Position numbers and translations under genes: made by a program. The notes below the pieces were generated by a model. It was given only the letters and a program-made list of their open reading frames with translations, had not been told where the DNA came from and made no database searches. Shown in pieces: positions 29,440 through 38,193 of a stretch of DNA of 64,000 nt. Source of the stretch: Candidatus Omnitrophota bacterium (GTDB lineage: Bacteria > Omnitrophota > Gorgyraeia > Zapsychrales > Zapsychraceae); NCBI GenBank assembly GCA_021108075.1, contig JAIORP010000100.1, positions 7,783-71,782 on the forward strand, in the 5' to 3' direction. The first letter of the stretch is position 1. The number at the start of each line of letters is the position of its first letter.

Positions 29440-30141
29440 ATGGATTATTTTGAGCAGAAGGCGGATCCGATCCCTTTGAGAAATTTTTTTAAAGATTCTT
29501 TTGTTTTTTATCGTCGCAATATTTCGATTTTTTTGCCGCTGGGGTTTATTTATGGTTTCTCGCAAATGCTGGCTGACAATATATATTTTTCGGACGAGCA
29601 ATTCTTAGGTCTGCGACTTTTTATTCAGATTATTATCAATTGTATCGCGACAATCATTGTTATCTATACGACCTTCGCCTTGGGTCAGGGGTTGGCTGTG
29701 GGGATCAAAGAGTGGATGGCGATTGTCAGGCAGAAGCTGTTGTTGTTTACGGGCATTTCTTTGATCAGGATGTTTTTTGTCGGATTGGGATTTCTTGCCT
29801 TTTTTTTGCCGGGCTTGTATTTAAGCACCATTTTTTTGTTTGTTGAGGTTATCGTAATTTTTGAGTATACGGATGTTCAAAGTGTTTTTCAAAAGAGTGT
29901 GGTTTTGGTTCATCATGTTTTTCGAAAAGTTTTTTCTTTCTTGATGATTATTATTTCCTGCGGAGTTTTGTTTATTCTGCTATTCTCCAATCTTAATGAA
30001 CAGAGCCCATTACTGGGAAAGGTCTTAAGCGTTTCATTTTTTGTTTTTTCCCCCGTGTATATGCATATGGCTATTACACTTTTGTATTTGCGGATTAAGC
30101 AGATGAATGTTGTGGGTCAAAATAGTGAAACTTGTACATGA
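29440..30141 (+). CDS. Hypothetical polytopic membrane protein
   Basis: 233 aa with ~6 predicted TM helices. AAGGA RBS. No family recognised. Confidence 0.45.
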   Translation: MDYFEQKADPIPLRNFFKDSFVFYRRNISIFLPLGFIYGFSQMLADNIYFSDEQFLGLRLFIQIIINCIATIIVIYTTFALGQGLAVGIKEWMAIVRQKLLLFTGISLIRMFFVGLGFLAFFLPGLYLSTIFLFVEVIVIFEYTDVQSVFQKSVVLVHHVFRKVFSFLMIIISCGVLFILLFSNLNEQSPLLGKVLSVSFFVFSPVYMHMAITLLYLRIKQMNVVGQNSETCT

Positions 30142-30160
30142 AACTAAGAAGGAGGCGGAA

Positions 30161-30658
30161 ATGGATTGTCCTGTTTGTCAAAAAGCGATGTCGGAACAAG
30201 ATTTTGGCGGGATCAAAGTGGATGTTTGTGCTGATGGATGTAGAGGCATCTGGTTTGATTGGTTTGAACTAGAAAAGTTAGACGAAACGCATGAAGGTTT
30301 AGGCGAGGCCTTGAAGAATTCATTGGAAGGCACAAGGGAGCAAGACGAGTCCCGCGGGCAAATCAATTGTCCCCGTTGTCAAAAGCCGATGATTGGGCAT
30401 TTATACAAAGCCGCTAAAGATGTGACGGTTGATGAATGTTATTTGTGTGGGGGATTTTATCTGGACGCTGGAGAATTAAAGGCGATTCGTGATAGTTTCA
30501 TGAATGAATCTCAGCGTGAGCAGTTTGTGAAACAAATATTAGATCAAACGACAGAATATCAACAAGCCCAAGAGGATTTAAAGAAAATAAAAGCCCGTTC
30601 AGAAGCATTAAGCAGAATGACACGTGTCTTACGGGTATCGGATTACTTCACGAAGTAG
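30161..30658 (+). CDS. Tandem zinc-ribbon (TFIIB-type zf) domain protein
   Basis: Two CPxC...C(x2)GGxW/Y(x3)EL units (MDCPVCQ...VDVCADGCRGIWFDWFEL and INCPRCQ...VDECYLCGGFYLDAGEL). GGAGG RBS before ATG 30161. Confidence 0.5.
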   Translation: MDCPVCQKAMSEQDFGGIKVDVCADGCRGIWFDWFELEKLDETHEGLGEALKNSLEGTREQDESRGQINCPRCQKPMIGHLYKAAKDVTVDECYLCGGFYLDAGELKAIRDSFMNESQREQFVKQILDQTTEYQQAQEDLKKIKARSEALSRMTRVLRVSDYFTK

Positions 30659-30753
30659 AAAAGATCGTTGGCAAGATGAGGGTGCTTTTCCCAATCGGAA
30701 CAGTACCCTTTCTTTTTTCTGTCCATTCAGGGCCTATCGCGGGGATTCAAAAA

Positions 30754-32076
30754 ATGGTTGAAGATTTTTTTACAGTATCATCATTAAACAATTTGATAAA
30801 GGATGTCATTCAAGCCGGCTTTCCTCGAATGGTCTGGGTTTGTGGTGAGATTCAGCAATTCAATCGTAATCGAACAAAGCGGCATGTATTCTTTGAACTC
30901 GTCGAGAAAGATTCCGCTTCCCAGGACATCAAGGCGCGGATTGGTTTGGTTATTTTTGCAGGAAAAAAAGTCTACATCGAGAAGAAGTTTAAAGAAGTCG
31001 ATCAAGCGTTTAATCTTAAAGATGATATTGAAGTTAAATTCGCTTGTCGGGTTGATTTTTATGCGCCACATGGCGCTGTACGACTCATTGTTGAAGATAT
31101 CGATCCTGCGTATACTTTGGGGAAATTAGCTCAAGAAAAACAAAGATTGATTATCGTTTTAAAGAAACAAGGTGTTTTCGAGCAAAATAAAAAACGGGAA
31201 CTGCCGTTGGCACCGCTGAACATTGGTTTAATTACGGCGTATGACTCAGCCGCCTATAATGATTTTATATCCGAATTAGACCGTAGCGGATATAGTTTTA
31301 AGGTCAGAGTTCGCAATACCTTGATGCAGGGTAAGAATTCAGAAAAAGATGTTTGTCAGGCCCTGTGTGTGCTCGAGGGGATAAAAAATCTTGATTTGAT
31401 TGTGATTACCCGGGGTGGAGGATCTTTAGCTGAGTTAAGTTGTTTTGACAGTAAGCTTATCGCTCAAGCCATTGCTAAATCGCGTTTGCCTGTTTTTTCA
31501 GGAATCGGACATGAGATTAACTTAACCATTACCGATATGGCGGCCCATACGTACGCAAAAACTCCGACGGCTATCGCGCAGTTTTTGATAGAGAAAATTG
31601 ATCTTTTTCTTCAGAAAATGGATACTTATCAGAATGGTCTGCTGGAAAATATAAAGACAATGTTTCAAGGGCGGCGGGCGTCATTGCAGCAGGATGCCTG
31701 GCAATTATACAACCAGACGGGAGGGTATTTGAAAGAGCACAAGAATCGATTAATGTTTTTTGGAGAATGTGTGCGACACAAACCTTTAGCGCGTATGCAA
31801 CAGGGCTTACGCGATCTGCTTGTTAAGCGGCAGGCAATCCGCAAAGAAGTGAAACATTTTTTCTCGCAGAGTCATCATAAACTCCGTTCTTTTGAGAAAA
31901 TTGTTGATTTTGTCCATCCTCGCAATACGATTAAAAGAGGTTTTTGTGTTGTTCAAAATCAAAAAGGTGAGTATATTAAAAGTATTCAACAGCTCAAAGA
32001 AAATGAACGAGTGATCAACCGGTTTTTTGATGGATGCTCACACAATATTGTTGAAAAAATTGTGAAGGAGGATTAA
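30754..32076 (+). CDS. xseA: Exodeoxyribonuclease VII large subunit
   Basis: N-terminal OB-fold motif VWVCGEIQQF. RGGGSLAELSCFD and SGIGHEINLTITDMAAHTYAKTPTAIAQ motifs. Start uncertain (ATG 30754 chosen, track start 30676). Confidence 0.85.
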   Translation: MVEDFFTVSSLNNLIKDVIQAGFPRMVWVCGEIQQFNRNRTKRHVFFELVEKDSASQDIKARIGLVIFAGKKVYIEKKFKEVDQAFNLKDDIEVKFACRVDFYAPHGAVRLIVEDIDPAYTLGKLAQEKQRLIIVLKKQGVFEQNKKRELPLAPLNIGLITAYDSAAYNDFISELDRSGYSFKVRVRNTLMQGKNSEKDVCQALCVLEGIKNLDLIVITRGGGSLAELSCFDSKLIAQAIAKSRLPVFSGIGHEINLTITDMAAHTYAKTPTAIAQFLIEKIDLFLQKMDTYQNGLLENIKTMFQGRRASLQQDAWQLYNQTGGYLKEHKNRLMFFGECVRHKPLARMQQGLRDLLVKRQAIRKEVKHFFSQSHHKLRSFEKIVDFVHPRNTIKRGFCVVQNQKGEYIKSIQQLKENERVINRFFDGCSHNIVEKIVKED

Positions 32077-32289
32077 GTGCCTGAGTTTAAGTACAGCAAA
32101 GCAATGAAAAGGATTGAAGCGATCATTGAAAAAATTGAAAACGAAGAAATTGACGTTGATGATTTGTCGAATTATGTGAATGAAGCGGCGACCTTGATTA
32201 AGAGTTGCAAGGATAAGATCACAAAAGTGGAAAGCGAAGTCCAGAAAGTGGTCGATGACTTGGTCGAACCCGGAGACAATTCGAAATAA
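32077..32289 (+). CDS. xseB: Exodeoxyribonuclease VII small subunit
   Basis: 70-aa helical protein immediately after xseA (FEEAMKRLEEIVEKLE-like: SKAMKRIEAIIEKIENEEIDVDDL). GTG start. Confidence 0.8.
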   Translation: MPEFKYSKAMKRIEAIIEKIENEEIDVDDLSNYVNEAATLIKSCKDKITKVESEVQKVVDDLVEPGDNSK

Positions 32290-32416
32290 TTTTTTATTTG
32301 CAAAATATTATAAAACTGTTAGTTTGTTAGATGTTGTTTGATCGGTCAGCTCCGTGTTACTCGCATATAAGTTTACAGACATCTATCCCAAAATATCATT
32401 ATTTTTCATATGTTAC

Positions 32417-32490
32417 GCGCCTGTAGCTCAGCTGGATAGAGCACCTGCCTTCGGAGCAGGGTGTCGGGGGTTCGAATCCTCCCAGGCGCG
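32417..32490 (+). tRNA. tRNA-Arg (anticodon TCG)
   Basis: 74-nt cloverleaf. Acceptor GCGCCTG/CAGGCGC, D arm GCTC-AGCTGGATA-GAGC, anticodon stem CCTGC/GCAGG with loop CTTCGGA, T arm GGGGG-TTCGAAT-CCTCC. No encoded CCA. Followed by a T run. Confidence 0.85.
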
Positions 32491-32512
32491 TTTTTTATCA
32501 AATCGTATTAAT

Positions 32513-32686
32513 CCGGAAAATGCAATTGGGATCACCTGCGAAGGAAAAATTCATCGCAATTGCTACGTTATGCTCGGGATTATTTTGTTTACCGTATCTT
32601 GATGCGCTTCACGTAATAACCCTCGCAATGCCTTGCACTTGCAACAACGACTGCCTTTTCGTTACGATTCCAATTGCATTTTCCGG
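32513..32686. repeat. 17-bp perfect inverted repeat pair (CCGGAAAATGCAATTGG) flanking 140 nt, immediately 3' of tRNA-Arg
   Basis: IR1 at 32513-32529 and IR2 at 32670-32686 are exact reverse complements. Confidence 0.7.
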
Positions 32687-32999
32687 GTTAAACGCTTCTG
32701 TTTTAAATTTATCATGTCGATAACGTTTTGATTTCATGCTTTCATCCGATATTTTTCAGTTTTTTTATCCATTGTCCCGGCCTGTCGGCTCTGTAGTGAA
32801 CATGAAGAAGATGTGTTTTAGAATAGATTGTAACGGTTATGTGGTTCTTTCTTTATTAATTATCTTTACATTTATTATTGATTTTAATAAAATATGTCCA
32901 TCGTAACAGATTCATGATAGATAATGTCTAAGAGCCGTGAATGATATTCATAAATTTATTTTATACAAAAAGGCATGACAATAAAAAAGGATAAACAAA

Positions 33000-34112
33000 A
33001 TGTCCCGGGATGATACCACTACGATAAAGACCTTGTTAACATCACCGCTGGATAAACAACACCGGGCATTAAGCGCCCGGATGGTGTCATTCGGTGGATG
33101 GGAGATGCCTGTTCAGTATAAGGGTGTGCTGGCCGAGTACCGTCACACCCGCACCAAAGCGTCCATTTTTGATATATCCCATATGGGAGAGTTTAAAGTC
33201 CTTACGAATGATAAAGATAGAAGCTTAGAGAAAATTTTTACGATCAATTTATCCCGGATCCCTCTTATGAAATGTCGCTACGGAATGATTTTAAATGAGC
33301 AGGCTGGGATTATTGATGATCTTATTGTCTTTCGGTGCGCGCAGAATGAATGGTTTGTTGTCGTGAATGCCGCTACAATGGAGAAAGATGAAAAATATAT
33401 CGCATCCCATCTCCCTTCTGAATCTCAATTGACCAATTTGACATTTCAACTGGGAAAAATAGATTTACAGGGCCCTGAGGCGAGAACCGTGATGAAGGCC
33501 CTGGTCCCGGGTATTGAAAAATTAGCGTATTATTCATTTGATTTTTTTAATTTATTAGGGGAAAATGTTTTAATCAGCCGAACAGGTTACACCGGTGAGT
33601 TGGGATATGAGATTTATTATCCGTGGGAAAAGATCCATTTGGTCTGGGATGGATTGCTTGCAAACGAGTTGGTTGAACCGGCAGGTTTAGGCGCGCGTGA
33701 TATTTTACGTTTGGAAATGGGCTACAGTCTGTATGGGCATGAAATGAACGAAAGCATTTGTCCTTTTGAGGCGGGATTAGATCGATTTGTTGATTTGAGC
33801 AAAGATTTTATTGGCAGGGAGGCTTTATTAGCCAAAAAAGATATTATAAAGCGTAAATTAGTCGGTTTTGTTTCATCTTCGAGACGCTCACCCCGCGCGC
33901 GGCAACATATTTTTTCTATGGCCGAAGAAGAAATTGGAATAGTGACAAGTGGCACATTCTCACCCTTTCTTGAAAAGGGTATCGGTTTAGGTTTTCTTCC
34001 GAAAGATTATTTAGCGCAACATAAGGAAGTTTATTTTGGTGATCAGCGCGCAAAGACACCGGCCATTATTTCAAGTAGACTTTTTTATAATAAGGGATCT
34101 TTAAAAAATTAA
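33000..34112 (+). CDS. gcvT: Glycine cleavage system T protein (aminomethyltransferase)
   Basis: MVSFGGWEMPVQYKGVLAEYRHTRTKASIFDISHMGEF N-terminal signature. 370 aa. Confidence 0.9.
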   Translation: MSRDDTTTIKTLLTSPLDKQHRALSARMVSFGGWEMPVQYKGVLAEYRHTRTKASIFDISHMGEFKVLTNDKDRSLEKIFTINLSRIPLMKCRYGMILNEQAGIIDDLIVFRCAQNEWFVVVNAATMEKDEKYIASHLPSESQLTNLTFQLGKIDLQGPEARTVMKALVPGIEKLAYYSFDFFNLLGENVLISRTGYTGELGYEIYYPWEKIHLVWDGLLANELVEPAGLGARDILRLEMGYSLYGHEMNESICPFEAGLDRFVDLSKDFIGREALLAKKDIIKRKLVGFVSSSRRSPRARQHIFSMAEEEIGIVTSGTFSPFLEKGIGLGFLPKDYLAQHKEVYFGDQRAKTPAIISSRLFYNKGSLKN

Positions 34113-34123
34113 AGGAGCAAGTT

Positions 34124-34510
34124 ATGGAAATAATAGATTATTTTTTGTATTCAAAGGAGCATGAGTGGGTTTCTCTAGAAGATGGAATTGCGACTATAGG
34201 TATTTCTGAATATGCTCAGGCAGCATTAGGCGATATCACATTCATTGAACTTCCGAGCATTGATGATGAAATCGATCAATTTGAGCAGATCGCGTCCGTT
34301 GAATCCGTTAAAGCGGCCAGTGATATTTTTTCTCCGATGTCGGGTAAGATCGTGGACATCAATGGCAGTCTGGAAAATGACCCGGGACTTATTAATAAGT
34401 CTTGCTATGAGAAGGGTTGGATTATCAAGATTGAGATCTCTGAGAAAGACGAGAAGTCCAACCTTATGACCGCCGAGGAATATCGGAACTTTTTGAATAG
34501 TGTTAGATAA
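34124..34510 (+). CDS. gcvH: Glycine cleavage system H protein
   Basis: Lipoyl-lysine motif SVESVKAASD. 128 aa. AAAGGAG RBS. Confidence 0.9.
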   Translation: MEIIDYFLYSKEHEWVSLEDGIATIGISEYAQAALGDITFIELPSIDDEIDQFEQIASVESVKAASDIFSPMSGKIVDINGSLENDPGLINKSCYEKGWIIKIEISEKDEKSNLMTAEEYRNFLNSVR

Positions 34511-34540
34511 TAAATAAAATGCTTATAGAAAGAAGTTTTT

Positions 34541-35887
34541 TTGAAGCCATATATTGCTAATACAGTAAAAGACATAAAAGACATGTTGCAGGCGATCGGT
34601 GTTGCGACGATTGATGATCTGTTTAAAGATATTCAGCCACAGCAAAGGCCGTCTTCATTTAACCTTCCCGAAGGTCAATCAGAATTTGAGGTTATTCAGT
34701 TCTTTCGTGAGATTGCTGATCATAACAGGACACATTTGATCCCTTTTATCGGCGGAGGTTTTTATGACCATTATATTCCTGCGCCTGTTTTTTCCCTGAT
34801 CTCTAGAGGGGAGCTTTCCACGGCGTACACGCCATACCAGCCGGAATGTTCTCAAGGAACGCTACAGGCATTATACGAATACCAAAGTTTGATGTGTGCG
34901 TTAACGGGCATGGAAGTGTCGAATGCCTCATTGTATGACGGGGGTACGGCTTTGTATGAAGCGACAATGATGGCGCTGCGGATCACGAAAAGAAAAAAGG
35001 TTCTAATGGACGGGGGTGTTAGTCCCATATACCGTAAAATTATTCAGTCCTACACGAGAAACCTGAATTATGAATTTATTCAAACACCTGTTGTCCACGG
35101 GCATAGTGACCGGGATGCGATACAGAAATTAATAGACGAGGATACGGCTGCCATTATCCTGCAGAATCCAAATTTTTTTGGCACGATAGATGATCATTCG
35201 GATATTGTTAACATGGCGCATGCTAAAGGAGTTTTGGTCATACAGAGTGTTTATCCTATCGCGTTAGGATTAGTTAAGACGCCCGGAGAGATGGGTGTTG
35301 ATATCGTGACAGGTGAAGGGCAGAGCCTCGGACTTCCGTTGAATTTTGGAGGGCCGTATTTAGGTTTTATGACCACAAAGAAGAAATATGTCCGGAAAAT
35401 GCCTGGCAGGGTCGTGGGAAAGACGGTTGATCAAAGTGCCCGGAGGTGTTTTGTCAACACTTTACAAACGAGGGAGCAGCATATCCGTCGGGAGAAAGCG
35501 ACATCTAATATCTGCACAAACGTCGCATTGTGTGCGGTGCAGTCATCGATCTTTATGTCATTACTTGGCAAAGAGGGTTTGAAGCAATTGGCTCAATTAA
35601 ATTTAGATAAAGCGGAGTATTGCCGTCAATTGCTGGAAGGCATCAAGGGGGTTGAAGTGAAAAGGAGTTCGCCAACGTTTAATGAGTTTACAATTCGTTT
35701 GCCTTCAGACTCAAATAGAATATGTGAAGAGATGATTGAGGAGGGTTTTGCCCCCGGGATCCCTCTGGACCGATATTATCCTGATACGGCGAATTATATG
35801 CTTGTCGCTGTTACCGAAAAAAGAACGCGAACTGAAATTGAACAGTATGTTTCCTTGTTGAAACATATCATAGAGAAACAAAAATAA
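34541..35887 (+). CDS. gcvPA: Glycine dehydrogenase (decarboxylating) subunit 1
   Basis: N-terminal MLQAIGVATIDDLF and TAYTPYQPE(CS)QG motifs. TTG start at 34541, alternative ATG at 34583. Confidence 0.85.
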   Translation: MKPYIANTVKDIKDMLQAIGVATIDDLFKDIQPQQRPSSFNLPEGQSEFEVIQFFREIADHNRTHLIPFIGGGFYDHYIPAPVFSLISRGELSTAYTPYQPECSQGTLQALYEYQSLMCALTGMEVSNASLYDGGTALYEATMMALRITKRKKVLMDGGVSPIYRKIIQSYTRNLNYEFIQTPVVHGHSDRDAIQKLIDEDTAAIILQNPNFFGTIDDHSDIVNMAHAKGVLVIQSVYPIALGLVKTPGEMGVDIVTGEGQSLGLPLNFGGPYLGFMTTKKKYVRKMPGRVVGKTVDQSARRCFVNTLQTREQHIRREKATSNICTNVALCAVQSSIFMSLLGKEGLKQLAQLNLDKAEYCRQLLEGIKGVEVKRSSPTFNEFTIRLPSDSNRICEEMIEEGFAPGIPLDRYYPDTANYMLVAVTEKRTRTEIEQYVSLLKHIIEKQK

Positions 35888-35899
35888 TTTTTTATAGAT

Positions 35900-37366
35900 A
35901 TGGAATTAATATTTGAGAAAAGTGTGGCTGGTCGACGGGGGTATTTGTTGCCTAAAACAGATGTCCCTGTCTCCGCAAGTATTCCGGAGCAGTTTCAACG
36001 AAAGCGAGATTGTCCTTTCCCTGAAGTGACAGAATTAGATGTTGTCCGGCATTTTACGCGATTATCCCATCTTAACTATTCGGTTGATACGCATTTTTAT
36101 CCCCTTGGATCTTGTACGATGAAATATAATCCGAAATTTACCGAGCAGGTTGCGGCCATGCCTCAATTTTGTGAGGTGCATCCGATCCTGCCGCAGTTGA
36201 AGAATGGAGAACTGTTAACGCAAGGGGCATTATTTGTTCTCTATGAGATGGATAAATTGTTGTCCGAGATAACAGGTATGGACGCTTTTACAATGCAGCC
36301 CTTGGCTGGCGCGCATGGAGAGCTGACGGGTGTGATGATCATGGCCGCTTATCATAAGGCCCAAAAGAATAAAAAGAAATATATCATTGTTCCGGATGCT
36401 GCCCATGGAACGAATCCAGCGACAGCCGCTATCGCCGGGTATGAAACAATATCAGTAAAAAGCAATGCTACGGGAGTCATTGATATTGATCAATTAAAGC
36501 AATGTATCAATGATGACGTTGCTGGCCTTATGTTGACCTGCCCCAATACCCACGGCATTTTCAATATGGACATCGATAAGATCACAAAAATGGTTCATGA
36601 TGTTGACGGCCTCATGTATTATGACGGGGCCAACCTGAACGCCATATTGGGGCGCTGCCGTCCGGGAGATATCGGTTTTGATATCGTGCATGTTAATTTG
36701 CACAAGACGTTCGCAACGCCCCACGGCGGGGGTGGGCCAGGGTCCGGACCGGTTGGCGTGTGTGAAAAATTAGCGCCCTATTTACCTATTTCACGCATTT
36801 GCAAACGTGATAATGACACATATTTTTTGAATTATGATTATCCGCAATCCATTGGTTATATCGCGTCCTTTTATGGTAATTTTGGCATTGTGTTGCGGGC
36901 TTATGCTTATATTTTGCAGTTAGGCAAAGAAGGATTGATGGCGATTAGTGATCATTCCGTTCTCAACGCGAATTACCTCCGGGAGCAATTGAAAAAATAT
37001 TACCATTTACCATATGACCGTATTTGCATGCATGAATGTGTTTTTTCTGCGGTAGAACAAGCCCAGCGAGGTGTGCATGCTATTGATATCGCCAAGTTTT
37101 TAATTGATCATGACCTGCATCCCCCGACTGTTTATTTTCCTTTGACAGTTAAAGAAGCGTTGATGATCGAACCAACAGAGTCAGAATCAAAAGAGACATT
37201 AGACTTGTTTGTTGATAAAATGATCCAGGCGGACGAATTGAGCCGTTCAAATCCTGCAAGTTTTCATGACAGACCGAAAACAACATGTATCTCCCGGCCT
37301 GATGAGGTCAAAGCTGCCAGAGAAATAAATACAAATTATTTCGCCGAAGAAAAACCGGATGACTAA
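35900..37366 (+). CDS. gcvPB: Glycine dehydrogenase (decarboxylating) subunit 2
   Basis: PLP-lysine region HVNLHKTFATPHGGGGPG. 488 aa. Confidence 0.9.
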   Translation: MELIFEKSVAGRRGYLLPKTDVPVSASIPEQFQRKRDCPFPEVTELDVVRHFTRLSHLNYSVDTHFYPLGSCTMKYNPKFTEQVAAMPQFCEVHPILPQLKNGELLTQGALFVLYEMDKLLSEITGMDAFTMQPLAGAHGELTGVMIMAAYHKAQKNKKKYIIVPDAAHGTNPATAAIAGYETISVKSNATGVIDIDQLKQCINDDVAGLMLTCPNTHGIFNMDIDKITKMVHDVDGLMYYDGANLNAILGRCRPGDIGFDIVHVNLHKTFATPHGGGGPGSGPVGVCEKLAPYLPISRICKRDNDTYFLNYDYPQSIGYIASFYGNFGIVLRAYAYILQLGKEGLMAISDHSVLNANYLREQLKKYYHLPYDRICMHECVFSAVEQAQRGVHAIDIAKFLIDHDLHPPTVYFPLTVKEALMIEPTESESKETLDLFVDKMIQADELSRSNPASFHDRPKTTCISRPDEVKAAREINTNYFAEEKPDD

Positions 37367-37374
37367 ATTGATTC

Positions 37375-38091
37375 ATGGTTTTAAAAGATATTTCATTTGA
37401 TTTGCCAGAAGAAAACATACTTTATGATGAACTGCTTCTGCATTTGGCAGAAAAGGGCAAGCTGGGGAATACTTTGCGGTTTTGGGAATCATCAGCGGTA
37501 TTCGTTGTGCTTGGAAGAATTTCCTCTTTAGACGAAGATGTTAATCAGCAGGCTGTTCGGAAAGACCGCGTTTCCGTTGTAAGGCGTTGTTCCGGCGGCG
37601 GTACGGTCGTGCAGGGTAAGGGATGTTTGAATTATTCATTGATTTTGTGTAAGCAGGATTATCCGCAAGTTCAGGATATTCGGCGCTCCTATAATTTTAT
37701 TTTAAATAAGTTGGTCAGAGCCTTTCATAAGTTAAACGTAAACACTGTCTGGCATCCGATTTCTGATGTCGCGTGTGTTGGTAATAATAAAAAAGTTTCC
37801 GGTAACGCGCAAAAACGCGCACGAAATTTTATTCTTCATCATGGGACAATTTTATGTGACTTTGATTTGTCGATTGTGGCTAAATATTTAACCTTGCCGC
37901 AACAACAGCCAGAGTACCGCCAAAACCGATCGCATTTAGATTTTTTGGATAATATATATTTAGATCCCGCTGATATTAAAAAGGAACTTCGAGAATCGTT
38001 TTTTATAACAGAGCATTTAGTGACACCAACACACGTTGAAAGAGAAATGTTAAGTGAGTGGCTGAAGAATAAAAAAATAAGATTAATGTGA
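37375..38091 (+). CDS. Lipoate-protein ligase / octanoyltransferase family protein (BPL_LplA_LipB domain)
   Basis: RRCSGGGTVVQGKGCLNYSLIL and KVSGNAQKRARNFILHHGTIL motifs. Lies immediately downstream of the gcv operon. Confidence 0.75.
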   Translation: MVLKDISFDLPEENILYDELLLHLAEKGKLGNTLRFWESSAVFVVLGRISSLDEDVNQQAVRKDRVSVVRRCSGGGTVVQGKGCLNYSLILCKQDYPQVQDIRRSYNFILNKLVRAFHKLNVNTVWHPISDVACVGNNKKVSGNAQKRARNFILHHGTILCDFDLSIVAKYLTLPQQQPEYRQNRSHLDFLDNIYLDPADIKKELRESFFITEHLVTPTHVEREMLSEWLKNKKIRLM

Positions 38092-38096
38092 TAATG

Positions 38097-38178
38097 ATAC
38101 CAATTCCATTAAATAATGACCAAAGCCAATTCTGCTTTTCAGAATTAAGATAGAACCATTTATTAATGGATTTGGTAT
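38097..38178 (+). mobile_element. MITE-like intergenic repeat, copy D (82-bp deletion variant lacking the central hairpin)
   Basis: Both TIRs and flanks match copy A. The 22 nt TCGACGATTTAGCGAGAATATC are absent. The element supplies the GAGGTG RBS for the next gene. Confidence 0.75.
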
Positions 38179-38193
38179 GAGGTGCTGTTATTT

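Noticed and set aside
32354-32602. 82-aa + ORF (and the 67-aa ORF 32520-32723)
   Set aside because: These overlap the tRNA-Arg gene and the inverted-repeat region. They have no RBS and their composition is atypical.
32491-32999. Glycine riboswitch upstream of gcvT
   Set aside because: It is expected from operon context, but I could not find the conserved GGAGAG / CTCTGGAGAG / ACCGAAGG cores by eye. It needs a covariance-model scan to settle.
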